A stretch of DNA of 63,805 nt, counting the filler, from Octopus bimaculoides (lineage: Eukaryota), in assembly GCF_001194135.2 (NCBI RefSeq). It is 7 parts of 6 records of this genome, joined end to end, with 100 filler letters (N's around TTAATTAATTAA, not from the genome) between each part and the next. Parts side by side here need not be neighbours in the genome. Positions count along the whole stretch, not along the records: positions 28,884 to 45,390 come from NC_068986.1; positions 45,491 to 49,328 come from NC_069008.1; positions 49,429 to 52,344 come from NC_068983.1; 4 more parts are not named here. One strand, written 5' to 3'. A program made the position numbers and the translations under genes. A model generated the notes under the pieces. It worked only from the letters and a program-made list of their open reading frames with translations. It searched no databases and was not told the DNA's origin. Below, piece by piece: positions 40,870 through 52,026 of the stretch; position 1 is the stretch's first letter, and each line of letters begins with the position of its first letter.

Positions 40870-41900
40870 TGTTGATGTTGTTGCTACCGCTGCTGCTGTT
40901 GCAGCAGTAGTGCGGGTCCATATTGCAGCCTGTGCTGCGGCAGAAATCCCTCAGACGGTTGGTGCTACCACATGCGTGACACACGAGCATTCTACCTTGC
41001 ACCATTACCGGCAGTTGAATGTTGTTCGGAAGTGTTATCTGTTCGGGTAGTTTATCTAGAGTTTCCCGCTGTAGATGGATCGAGAATTCTACTCGCATTG
41101 AAGGTTATATCTTCTTCTGGGACAACACGTGTTTAGGCTCTGCATTCATCACATTCCCCTTCGCCTCTCACTACTCATATATGTCGGAATGGGGATGAAT
41201 TCTTTATTCCCGCACGAGATAGTATGTATAAGCTTTAAGGCGGCGAGCTGGCAGAAACGTTAGCACGCCGGGCGAAATGCTTAGTGTATTTCGTCTGTCT
41301 TTACGTTCTGAGTTCAAATACCGCCGAGGTCGACTTTGCCTTTCATCCTTTCGTGGGTCGATAAATTAAGTACCAGTTACGTACTGGGGTCGAGATAATC
41401 GACTTAATCCCTTTGTCTGTCCTTGTTTGTCCTCTCTATGTTTAGCCCCTTGAGGGCAATAAAGAAATAAGTATGTATAAGCTTCTGTGCGGAATCTTTC
41501 CTCCATAGTTCCATATCACCTAATACGATTGACGAAATATACACCACTACTGGTCACTAACCGTCATGCACCCGTACAGCACTGTTTTTCTAGCAATTCC
41601 TTCCAAGAATTTTGGAAGTAGTACTAATACAGCCTTCCTATACAATCTTCTTTTGACATCTCTTAGGTTTGTCTGTGTCATTTCTTGAGAGACGAGCTCA
41701 GCTTTACTATAGTTCTTGCTAAGGAACCAAGCTTGTAGCGCACTTACAGCAGCTTCTGTTCATGCCGGTGCTGCTGACAGTTACAGCGGGAGTGGTAGGA
41801 GAGTCATCGGTAATGTTTAATGTTGGATGCAATTGCGTTTTTATTTTTCCTCTGCCCGTTCCGCTTTAATACTATCCATGGCCAAGACCGTTAAATTGTT
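40870..41900 (-). mobile_element. Tx1/L1-like LINE ORF1 remnant interrupted by a SINE
   Basis: AVSALQAWFLSKNYSKAELVSQEMTQTNLRDVKRRLY.. upstream and LPEQITLPNNIQLPVMVQGRMLVCHACGSTNRLRDFC downstream, a decayed CX2CX4HX4C knuckle preceded by V.V.GR. Confidence 0.55.
41236..41469 (+). mobile_element. Full-length family-A SINE (type-2 tail) with 15-bp TSD
   Basis: Head aaggcggcgagctggcagaaacgttagc, B-box-like gagttcaaat, central domain gcctttcatcctttcg..gtcgataaattaagtaccag. TSD agtatgtataagctt at 41221-41235 and 41470-41484. Confidence 0.92.
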
Positions 41901-42689
41901 ACTGGTGGTGGTGGTGGTGGTGGTGGTGATGTAGTTATGGCGGTGTGCTATTGTGGTTGTTTCTATCGCTGCTGCTGCTGCTGTTGTTGTTGTTGTTACT
42001 GCAAACACGTTCAGTGATTATGGTATCAGCAGTGGTGGTTGCNNNNNNNNNNNNNNNNNNNNNNNNNNNNNNNNNNNNNNNNNNNNNNNNNNNNNNNNNN
42101 NNNNNNNNNNNNNNNNNNNNNNNNNNNNNNNNNNNNNNNNNNNNNNNNNNNNNNNNNNNNNNNNNNNNNNNNNNNNNNNNNNNNNNNNNNNNNNNNNNNN
42201 NNNNNNNNNNNNNNNNNNNNNNNNNNNNNNNNNNNNNNNNNNNNNNNNNNNNNNNNNNNNNNNNNNNNNNNNNNNNNNNNNNNNNNNNNNNNNNNNNNNN
42301 NNNNNNNNNNNNNNNNNNNNNNNNNNNNNNNNNNNNNNNNNNNNNNNNNNNNNNNNNNNNNNNNNNNNNNNNNNNNNNNNNNNNAATGTAATTACATTTA
42401 TTGTGAAAATGTAATTGTAACTATTAAAGTAACAAATAAAAAGAATCTAAACTGATTTTTTGGTAACTTTTTGAGATCGTTTCTCTCTCTCATTTTCCCC
42501 TTTCTCTCATTCTCTCTCTCTCTCATTCTCTCTCTCTCTCTCTCTCTCTAGATTGTTTTCTACAGACAAGTATTTAGATATTTTGTATCAAAATGGATTT
42601 CCTCACTTTAAAACAGACTTATTGATGCATATCTGTAATTAGGCATCTGAAAGGAGTTAAATTCAGATTAGATAGATGATGTTTCCACA

Positions 42690-43060
42690 ATAAGTGATTT
42701 CGAAGCAAAAAAAAAAAAAAAAAAAAAAAAAACTATCCAGTATGGATGTTGTCGTAGCCATGATTATTCTATAGCACTTTTCTATATTTCAGTGACGTGT
42801 TTCTTTGTAGCAAACAGTGATTTTAAAATATTATCTTCTAAGAGCCCAATCAATTCCATCTGTAGCTCTTTAGGCGCCTGGGAGGCATTAACCAAGTGAA
42901 ATTGAAATGCTAATTTCAACGTAAGGTCATATTTCTCAAAGTCAGTAAATCTTTCGTTGTATTCTTTAATTAATGATTCTATAACAATGTAATCTAAAAA
43001 TGACTCACACGAATTCACCAGTTCCGCAATAAGCTTTGTAAGGCTGGGAAAAGAAGTTTA
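42690..43060 (-). mobile_element. hAT (Charlie/Buster, GTF2IRD2-like) transposase C-terminal remnant
   Basis: LIKEYNERFTDFEKYDLTLKLAFQFHLVNASQAPKELQMELIGLLEDNILKSLF matches the L..EF..RF.DF...P.ELQMELIELQ.D..LK..F segment of hAT transposases. Confidence 0.75.
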
Positions 43061-43697
43061 ACTTTTTTTCTGCCTAGTATATACACCATTTTATAACATT
43101 GCTTCGGTGTTATAATTCTTGTGTCTAAACATTTCTTGGAATGTTTGCTTTCGTGTTTCGTATGCTTCTCTGTCTCTCTGTCTCTCTCTCTCTCCCTCTC
43201 TCTTTCTCACTCACTCACTCTCTCACTCTTTTTCTCTCTCTCCCTTTCTCAAATCTTTCATTTTTTTTTTTTAAGCTACCTTTCAAGATTCTCCTCTAGT
43301 TTGGCATATTTGTAGTTCTTGCTGGTAACAAAATGCTAATGTCGATTACATGTCTTTACAGCTGATATTGTAGTAACACAAAGCAAGCAAATCATTTTAT
43401 CTTTAGTTAAAAACAACAACAACAAAAAGCAATATAAATTGCAATTCCCAATCATCATTAAAAGCTCTGTTTTTCTGCCTTTAATGTTCTTTTAGCCGTC
43501 ATTTTGGACATGATGGGTTAATATATGAGATAGGAAACACGAAACACTCGCAAGCAAAGAAACTGCCAACGATCCATTCAACATCAATTTCCCAACTGAC
43601 ATTAAAAAGCGGGTGGGGGGGGATCATCACGTGAGCAAATGATACCACGTTGCCAAATACTCGTTGCACTAGATATTTATCACAGCTATAAGTGCAA

Positions 43698-44104
43698 GCA
43701 CAGCTGTGTGACGAAGCTCGCTTTGCAACCACGTGGTTTCCGGTCCCATTGCACGGCACCCTGGGCAAGTGTTTTCTACTATAGCGCCAGACTGACGAAT
43801 GCCTAGTGAGTGAATTTGGGAGGTGGAAACTGTATAGAAGCCCGTCGTGTATATCTCTGTGTATTTGTTCCCCTCACCACCGCTTGACAATCATTGGTTT
43901 GTTTATGTCCCCTAAACACAGCAGTTCGGCAAAAGTGACCGATAAAATTAGTGTCATACTTCAAACGATTTCAAATGTTGGTACGCGGTCAGTACCAAGC
44001 TTAAAATAATGAGTACAAGGGTCGATCTCTTTGACTAAAACTCTCCAAGGTGGTGCTGCAGCATGGCCACAATCCAATGACTGAAACAAGCAAAAGACAA
44101 GGAC
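43698..44104 (+). mobile_element. Family-C SINE (tRNA head, CORE-like ggcacc.tgggcaagtg, long tail)
   Basis: Complete head-core-microsatellite-tail order. Other copies at about 24370-24720 +, 34715-34900 -, 45065-45225 -, 47330-47520 -, 48782-48925 +, 50308-50460 +, 51795-51975 -, 53020-53450 +, 55455-55790 +, 56700-56910 +, 62850-62978 -. Confidence 0.85.
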
Positions 44105-44167
44105 AATGGATACGTTTTATGTTCCATATGAGATTTCAATATTTGCAGAAGAACACAATTGGTAATA

Positions 44168-44372
44168 CAATAATTCTTTGAATATCGCGGCTGTTACGTT
44201 CCAAAAAAAAAAAACCGCTATAAGTGAAAATCCGCGAAGTAGAAACAGTTTTATTTTCATAACTTGTATACATTTATTTTATTATAAATGTAGAACAACA
44301 CCACAGAGGAATCGACGTAAGCTTAAATAATAAACTGCAATAAGTAAACCGCGATATGGCGATGGATTACTG
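44168..44372. mobile_element. Tigger/pogo-like MITE, diverged
   Basis: Right end reverse complement cagtaatccatcgccatatcgcgg matches the diverged left end caataattctttgaatatcgcgg. CAGTA-type termini. Confidence 0.6.
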
Positions 44373-44388
44373 TGTTGTTTTCAGACGT

Positions 44389-45012
44389 AAGGCTGACAAT
44401 CGTTACCACACCGGGCAAAATGCTTTGCGGCATTTCCTCCGACTTTACGTTCTGAGTTCAAATTCCGCCAAGGTCGACTTAGCCTTTCATCCTTTCGAGG
44501 TCGATAAAATAAATACCAGTTTTAAGCACTGAGGTTGCTATAATCGATTTACCATTTCTCCAAATTTGCTGGCCTTAGGCCAAAATTTGAAACTAATATT
44601 GTTTTCAGTCATAATTGTGTAACAATTTAGGAACACTGGAATACATATGATATGTAATGAACAGTCTGCATTATTTACGGGGGCCGTAAATTCCTCACTC
44701 CTCGTATACTTGATTCAATAACCTGCAAAAATTGACAAGTACATATTTTGTTAACCCAAGTGGAGATCGAACTCAGAATATAGACGCAACTAAATACTTT
44801 TCTGCTCTAGGCACAAAGCCCGAAATTTTTAATGGAGGAGGCCAGTCGATTAGATCGATCCTCAGTATGCAGCTGGTACTTAATTTATAGACCCCGAAAG
44901 GATGAAAGGCAAAGTGGACCTCGACGGAATTTGAACTCAGAACGTAAAGACGGACGAAATACTGCTATGCATTTTGTCCGGCGTGCTAACGATTCTGCCA
45001 GCTCGCCGCCTT
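44389..45012. mobile_element. Convergent pair of family-A SINEs (44389-44595 +, 44798-45012 -)
   Basis: Both match the family-A consensus. The minus copy is near-intact from head to tail. Confidence 0.85.
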
Positions 45013-45490
45013 AGTAATAATGATAATTATATTGGTTTCAAATTTTGGCACAAGGCCAGCAATTTCCGGTGCACCGCCTTGAAGAATTTTTAGTCGAATG
45101 AATCGATTCCAGTACATGCTTTTTTAAGTCTGGTACTCATTCTATCGGTATCTTTTGCCGAAACGCTCGATTACCAATACAAAAATAGACCAACACCGGT
45201 TGTCAAGCGGTAGCGGAGGTCAAATACACATACGCGTGCGCGCGCACACACACACGCATATATATATATATATATATAATTTTTCTCGTCTGGCCGTAAA
45301 GCCTTTTCTGTTTGTTTTCCTGTCTTGTTTTTTGTCCGCCACTACATTCCTCCATGGCTAGATTTAATTTGCGTATACAAATTTAATCTGNNNNNNNNNN
45401 NNNNNNNNNNNNNNNNNNNNNNNNNNNNNNNNNNTTAATTAATTAANNNNNNNNNNNNNNNNNNNNNNNNNNNNNNNNNNNNNNNNNNNN

Positions 45491-45523
<33 letters not shown>

Positions 45524-46801
45524 TTATGTATGCATGTACGTACGGATTGATGGATGGATGGATGGATGGACAGATAGATTGATGGTGGATGGATGATGTA
45601 TATATGCACGTATGCATACATATATACATACATAGTCTCCTTTTTGTCTCCCTTTAGATGATGGCCAATTCACGTTTTTTCTAGTAATAATTTTGGATGT
45701 TGCTCTTATAAATATCTTCTTTATATACACAAGTGTTTGCAACCGAGTCATCAGTCAGCGGGTATATATTCAAAATGTTGCTGAAGAACTTTGTGGTGAT
45801 TCACGCCACGGTTGTTCATGTACTCTTGAACACCCTATTGACGAGACATGTACCTCTAGAAATAAAGTCAGACGTACATATTTGAAAACAAAATTCCGAA
45901 ACAGAACCACAAATGTATTGAGTTTATAAAAATACCTGTTTCAAATGATGCGATGAATGTTTAGAATTTCAACAGATTTCATTTTTATTCTGTAAGGATA
46001 AATTTCTTTCAAAATATCAAGCTATTGCGACTCATATCATCACGATAGAAATAAAATTATAGAAATTCATAGACTTAATAAAAGTTTTCTACCTCTCCTT
46101 TCTTTTCTTTCAAACTGAAAAACATCTTTGCGTCTGATGATGCATTCTGGTCCTTAAAGGTAGTGGGAAATTCTGGTCTCTCTAGTGTTAAAGATAGAAA
46201 TGAAAAATTCCAAATAAGTGTAAGTAAATTAATCTGGTCTATTAAAAATAAAAAAATAAAGACTATACTATCAACTGTGAATTAATCAGTACCATTAAAC
46301 CTTATAGACACGGGACAAATAAATGTGACCCATGCATAGAGGAATTTTACCAAATATTCACATCAGAGTATAATATAATAAATTCTAGACAAAAACAATT
46401 ATTTCGATGCTTTCATATGAAGAAATGGACCATTAAGCAATTTAAATAAATTATAAATAATCACACAACCATAATATATTACATGAAACGAACTATTTTG
46501 AATTAACTGACTCTGTGAAACAAACAAATGATTATGCAATCGCTACTTGGAATTCAAGATAAATTCGCGCCTGAATTAACTTTTAACACCACTTCATTCA
46601 ACGCAATACTAAAATTAACATAAAACTCTAACCACTTCAATCTGAAAGGATATTACAGTGAAGATCCCGAAGAAACTACACCAGTATTATAGCAGAAGTT
46701 ACAAATACAACAGTTACTAACCGATGTAGTGGAACCATGTAGGCCTATAATAAGCTGCATTTAAATCAAAATATAAATTAAATTCATGAAATGCTATAGA
46801 G

Positions 46802-46838
<37 letters not shown>

Positions 46839-46866
46839 TGTGTGTGTGTGCGTGTATATTTATATT

Positions 46867-46898
<32 letters not shown>

Positions 46899-47157
46899 TG
46901 TATGTATTATGTTTTGGTATCCTAAGAAATTAAAATCTTTGAGAGGAAGGTGAAATATTTCGTTTTCAGGAAGGGTTTTTTTAACACAATATTTACACAC
47001 TATTATTTATAACTTGATCTGCTTCAAGTTTCAATGTTCCAAAAAGAAATCGTTTCGTATGCATAAACACACACACACACACACGCACGCACACACACAC
47101 ACACGTTATGTTTGCATAGTATTTCTGTATAGTATTTCTCTTCTCTTCTCCCAACAG

Positions 47158-47214
47158 GAATCATCAAGAGAAACAACGGCAACCAGGAACAGATGTGTGC
47201 AAGTAACTGTTTCG
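47158..47214 (+). CDS. Apolipophorin-like large lipid transfer protein, internal coding exon A: (G)IIKRNNGNQEQMCASNCF(G)
   Basis: Pyrimidine tract plus CAG acceptor ending at 47157 and GTAATG donor at 47215. The 57-nt exon is phase 1 at both ends and joins exon B in frame (G|GA ACT CGA = GTR). A CxxxC just before the Vitellogenin_N domain resembles apolipophorin N-termini. Confidence 0.75.
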
Positions 47215-47945
47215 GTAATGTTGCTGCCTTATTCTTCAACCACTTCACCTTTCTTCCTCCTCTTCCTCTCCCCCTTTGCCTTCTCGTCCTCCTTCTTTTT
47301 CTTCTTTTATATTTTGTTTTCCAGTTTTCGTTCATTAGAGTGCGACCATACTGGAGCACCGCCTCGAAGGATTTCAGTCGAGCGATTCGAGCCGAATGCT
47401 TGTTATTTTATTTCTTTTTCTTTTAAATCATTTACTTAGTCTATCGGTTGCTTTTTTGCTGTATAGCAAAGTCATGGGGCTTCTACCAACAACACCAGCG
47501 CCGGTAATGGGGAGACAAACACACCGACACACATGCACGCATACACATACACAGAGGCACACACAGACACAGACACACGCATACACACACATACATACAC
47601 GTACACACGTACACACGTACACACACACACACATACACACACACGCACATACACATACCTCCATGCTCATGCAACATCCACATATATACATACNNNNNNN
47701 NNNNNNNNNNNNNNNNNNNNNNNNNNNNNNNNNNNNNNNNNNNNNNNNNNNNNNNNNNNNNNNNNNNNNNNNNNNNNNNNNNNNNNNNNNNNNNNNNNNN
47801 NNNNNNNNNNNNNNNNNNNNNNNNNNNNNNNNNNNNNNNNNNNNNNNNNNNNNNNNNNNNNNNNNNNNNNNNNNNNNNNNNNNNNNNNNNNNNNNNNNNN
47901 NNNNNNNNNNNNNNNNNNNNNNNNNNNNNNNNNNNNNNNNNNNNN

Positions 47946-47987
<42 letters not shown>

Positions 47988-47989
<2 letters not shown>

Positions 47990-48185
47990 GGCGCATGACT
48001 CAGTGGTTAGAGCGACGAGCTTACGATTATGAGGTTGTGAGTTCGATTCCAGGACTGGGCTGCGTGTTGTGTTCTTGAGCAAGACACTATATTTAACGTT
48101 GCCCCAGTTCACTCAACTGTAGTAATGAGTTGTGACGTCACTGGTGCCAGCTGTATCGGCTTTTGCCTTTCCCTTGGACAAAATC
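47988..48185 (+). mobile_element. Family-B SINE in the intron between exons A and B
   Basis: aggcgcatgactcagtggttagagc..gagttcgattcc..gtgttcttgagcaagacact. Confidence 0.88.
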
Positions 48186-48194
48186 AGTGATTGG

Positions 48195-48251
<57 letters not shown>

Positions 48252-48354
48252 AAGTGGGGACAGAGAGATCAAACTGGCTAGATTGATAGATAGACATAGA
48301 TATACATATGTATGTACTTATATAAAAGTATATCATGCATTTATATTTTTACAG

Positions 48355-48515
48355 GAACTCGAAAATTCAATTATGAAGTTGGTTCTTCCTATGAATATGA
48401 TTACAATGCACAGACCACGACGAAGATGAATGGAGCGTCCCATGGAGGGGCTAGCTTTTCGTTGAATGCCAGAGTCGTATTTGAACCTGTGACAAAATGT
48501 GACATGGTTATGATG
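48355..48515 (+). CDS. Apolipophorin-like LLTP, coding exon B (start of Vitellogenin_N/LPD_N domain)
   Basis: TTTTTACAG acceptor and GTAAAA donor at 48516. Encodes GTRKFNYEVGSSYEYDYNAQTTTKMNGASHGGASFSLNARVVFEPVTKCDMVMM, matching the F-x-Y-x-x-G-x-x-Y-x-Y-x-Y beta-barrel start of LLTPs. Phase-0 end joins exon C. Confidence 0.9.
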
Positions 48516-48996
48516 GTAAAACGCTTTTTCTTCTTGTTGTTAAAGTAACACCGCCCCACCTCGTAATAGATATAACATTAATATACAATACAGGAGGAAA
48601 TTTGAGCCTTTTAAAACCCCACGCCCACAAACCATGGTCTGTCTTAAACAGCAAGTATAAAATCCGGACCTGACCGTGCGGAGGTTTAGAGTGTCACTAA
48701 TGGCGATGGAGCACAGCGTAAAATGCTTGCATAGCTCCTGGGGTCCTATCACTGAATATTTTCTATTGAAACGAAACAGAGAGGAGCAGGCATGGCTGTG
48801 TGGTAAAAAGTTTGCTTCCCAACCACCTGATTCCGGGTTCAATCTCACTGCGTGTCAGCTTCAGCAAGTGTCTTTCACTACATCGCTGGTCCGATCTAAG
48901 CCTTGAGAATGGCTGCATGCAGCCTTTCGTGTGTGTGTGTATGTGTGTACATATATATATGTGTGTGTGTGTGTGTATGTGTGTACATATATGTGT

Positions 48997-49048
<52 letters not shown>

Positions 49049-49105
49049 TTCTTTCAGGAAGAATGTGGTTTCTTTCTTATAATATTTTCCATTTTTATCC
49101 AACAG

Positions 49106-49328
49106 CTCAATAATGTCCGGATCACCAACATGGACTATTCTTCTGAAGGTCGACAGTTCACCGACGCCCTCATGAAGCAGCCCTTGAGGTTCTCGTTCCA
49201 GGACGGCAAGATCGAAGAAGTTTGTCCGATGTCAGAGGAACCAACATGGGTCCTTAACATCAAACGTGGTATTCTGTCAGCTTTCCAAAACTCCATGGAC
49301 GATCTGGACAGAGATGTCAACATAACAG
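49106..49328 (+). CDS. Apolipophorin-like LLTP, coding exon C (3' end at assembly gap)
   Basis: CCAACAG acceptor. Encodes LNNVRITNMDYSSEGRQFTDALMKQPLRFSFQDGKIEEVCPMSEEPTWVLNIKRGILSAFQNSMDDLDRDVNIT, containing the hallmark LRFSFQDG..C....W.LNIKRGILSAFQ motif of apolipophorin/apoB-type proteins. Sequence turns to N at 49329. Confidence 0.93.
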
Positions 49329-49591
49329 NNNNNNNNNNNNNNNNNNNNNNNNNNNNNNNNNNNNNNNNNNNNTTAATTAATTAANNNNNNNNNNNNNNNN
49401 NNNNNNNNNNNNNNNNNNNNNNNNNNNNGCAAAGTAGCTAGTTCTAAAATCTCTAAACGAGATATAAGTAGTAATTAGATGGTAACTTTTTTTTTTATAT
49501 CCCTCAAGCCATTTCTAATTCATATGTGTATGTGTGTGTGTGTTGTACACAGTTTCTCTCAACCAAATTCACTCACAATGTATCGGTTAGT

Positions 49592-50014
49592 CCAAGCTGG
49601 AGGGAAGTGATTTACTCACAATATATCAGACACAGGCTGTGTGCCATTGACCAGCTGGAAAAGATGTTTTCCAGAGGTTAAAATGTAGTAACATTGTTCA
49701 TTATAGAACAGCCACGTTATAGAGGTTTTAGAAGTCGATACTTGCTTGTTACAGGATCAGCAACTGTCTGCCGCTTCTCTGTTTATATATTGTGAGTAAG
49801 GACAATTGACTGCCATCTTTGGCGGGCAGGGGTCCAGTTTCGATGAAGGGTAAAGACCCAGAAACAATGGTCCACTGGTCTTGCCAAGCTGTAGGGGAGT
49901 GATTCGCTCCCTACAATATATCAGACACATGTGTGTTGTTGACCAACTGGAAAAGACATTTTCCTGGGTTTAAAATGTAGTAACATAATTCTTTATGGGA
50001 CAGCCATGTTGTAG
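49592..50014 (+). repeat. Partial tandem direct repeat, 292-nt period (131-nt copies at 49592-49722 and 49884-50014)
   Basis: Two diverged copies of ccaagct..gagtgatt..caatatatcagacac..ttgacca.ctggaaaaga..ttttcc..gg.ttaaaatgtagtaacat..cagcca.gtt.tag. Confidence 0.85.
49834..49878 (+). ncRNA. Degenerate hammerhead-ribozyme-like motif
   Basis: CCAGT-tt-CGATGA-A-GGG(taaaga)CCC-A-GAAA-C(aatg)G-TC-c-ACTGG: stem I CCAGT/ACTGG, stem II GGG/CCC, 2-bp stem III, GUC. The 5' end of the core deviates from CUGA. Confidence 0.45.
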
Positions 50015-50473
50015 TCGCAAAAAAGCATTACCTTCTTATATATACATACATACATACACATATATATGTATATATATATTCCTCTTAAATATTAATATTA
50101 TTTAATTAACTGATTATACAAAGAGACCACAGTAATTATCTTTCTCATTAGTGTTTCATGCTTTCATATTAGTCACCAATTAAGTTGACAATATCAGTAC
50201 CTCAAACTTAATTAGGTAGTAATTATTCACTACTCATCCTCATAATACCCATTCGTTTAGTGTTGAAGTGAAATATTTTGGCCTTAATTTAATCACCATA
50301 TAGAGATGAGCAATGGCTGTATGCTAAGAAGCTTCTTTCGTAACCACTTGGTTTTGGGTTCAGTCCTACCTACTCTGTGACACTTTAGTTAGGAGTCTTC
50401 AACTATATCCCTGGGCTAACCAATACATTGTGAGTGAATTTGGTTGAGAGAAACTGTATCCAACACATGCACG

Positions 50474-50514
<41 letters not shown>

Positions 50515-50961
50515 ACGAATTCTTTGTGGCTCAAGGGATATAAACAATATCGAACACATACATAAGGTATGTGTTTTGCTAGTTCATGAATGGCTGTGTT
50601 GGGTAGGCTGCACTGCCTAAAAGCACAGTCTAGCCCTACCCATGAAATAACAAAATCATACCATGTGCGTGTGTGTTNNNNNNNNNNNNNNNNNNNNNNN
50701 NNNNNNNNNNNNNNNNNNNNNNNNNNNNNNNNNNNNNNNNNNNNNNNNNNNNNNNNNNNNNNNNNNNNNNNNNNNNNNNNNNNNNNNNNNNNNNNNNNNN
50801 NNNNNNNNNNNNNNNNNNNNNNNNNNNNNNNNNNNNNNNNNNNNNNNNNNNNNNNNNNNNNNNNNNNNNNNNNNNNNNNNNNNNNNNNNNNNNNNNNNNN
50901 NNNNNNNNNNNNTGGCTGAAACAAGTAACAGATCAAAATATAGGATACATCATAAGCTGGT

Positions 50962-51230
50962 TTCATCATCATCATTGTTTAACATCCATTTTCCATGCTG
51001 GCATGGGTTGGATGGTTTGACTGGGGACTGGCAAGCCAGGAGGCTGCACCAGGCGCCAATCTGATCTGGATGTCCTTCCTAATGCCAACCACTCCGAGAG
51101 TGTAGTGGGTGCTTTTTATGTGCCACCAGCATGGGAGCCAGTCAGGCAGCATTGGCAATGGCCATGTTTGGATGGTGCTTTTTATGTGCTGCCGGCACAG
51201 GAGCCAGTCAGAGTGGTGGTGGATGGGTTA
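50962..51230 (-). mobile_element. RTE-like LINE/SINE 3' end with (TGA)n tail and internal ~65-bp duplication
   Basis: Plus strand tcatcatcattgtttaacatccattttccatgctggcatggg. Two copies of gtgctttttatgtgc..c.gca..ggagccagtcag. Confidence 0.55.
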
Positions 51231-52026
51231 CCAAATATATTAATAATTGCACCAAAAATGTTTACAAGTATCTTTTTGGGATTAAGTGTTGAGATTTTGC
51301 AGAAACTAACCTTAAAGGTTTATCTGCAAAATTAATTACGACTGTTTTGCACTTGAAAACCAATAATACAAGCTTGGCAACTAGATTAGAATGATTAGTT
51401 TGTTGAGTATGAAATGTAGACATTGGAATCGATTCCAAGATATTCCTCTTGTTTTTTCTTACAAGAGATTACAAGTTCTACATTGCTGAACACATCTTCT
51501 CATTAAACTGAAATTGGAGCAATGACCTCAACTATTTCAAAATTTAGTTTGGAGAAAGAATATTTCATTTCTATATTGTCATAGAGAAAAGATGTAATTT
51601 TTTAAAATTTCTTTTCAAAAGATAAAAATATTTTTAAAAAAACAAAACATTGAAGATAGGATGAGGAAAATATCTAAACTGTGCTGATCCACATGATCAC
51701 CTTGGATTAAATATAATTATCATGGATTAACTTAACCCTTATAAGATGGCTAGGCTTGCTATATTTGTTAGTGAGGAAAAAAAGTAAAAACAGAAAAGAT
51801 GACTTGTTACCTTGTTCAGTCTTTTGGGGCACTGCCTTGAAGGGTATAGTCGAACAAATTGACCCCAGTGCTTATTTTTTAAGTTTGGTACTTATTCTAT
51901 TGGTTTCTTTTGTCAAACTGCTAAGTTACGGAGACATAAGCAAACCAACATTGGTTGTCAGGTGGTGGACAAGCACAAAAACACACACGCACACACTCAC
52001 ACACACATATTTACATATATATATGT

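Noticed and set aside
41680-41812. Candidate upstream exon ending at a phase-1 GTAATG donor
   Set aside because: No ATG or signal peptide in that frame, and the opposite strand reads better as a LINE ORF1 remnant.
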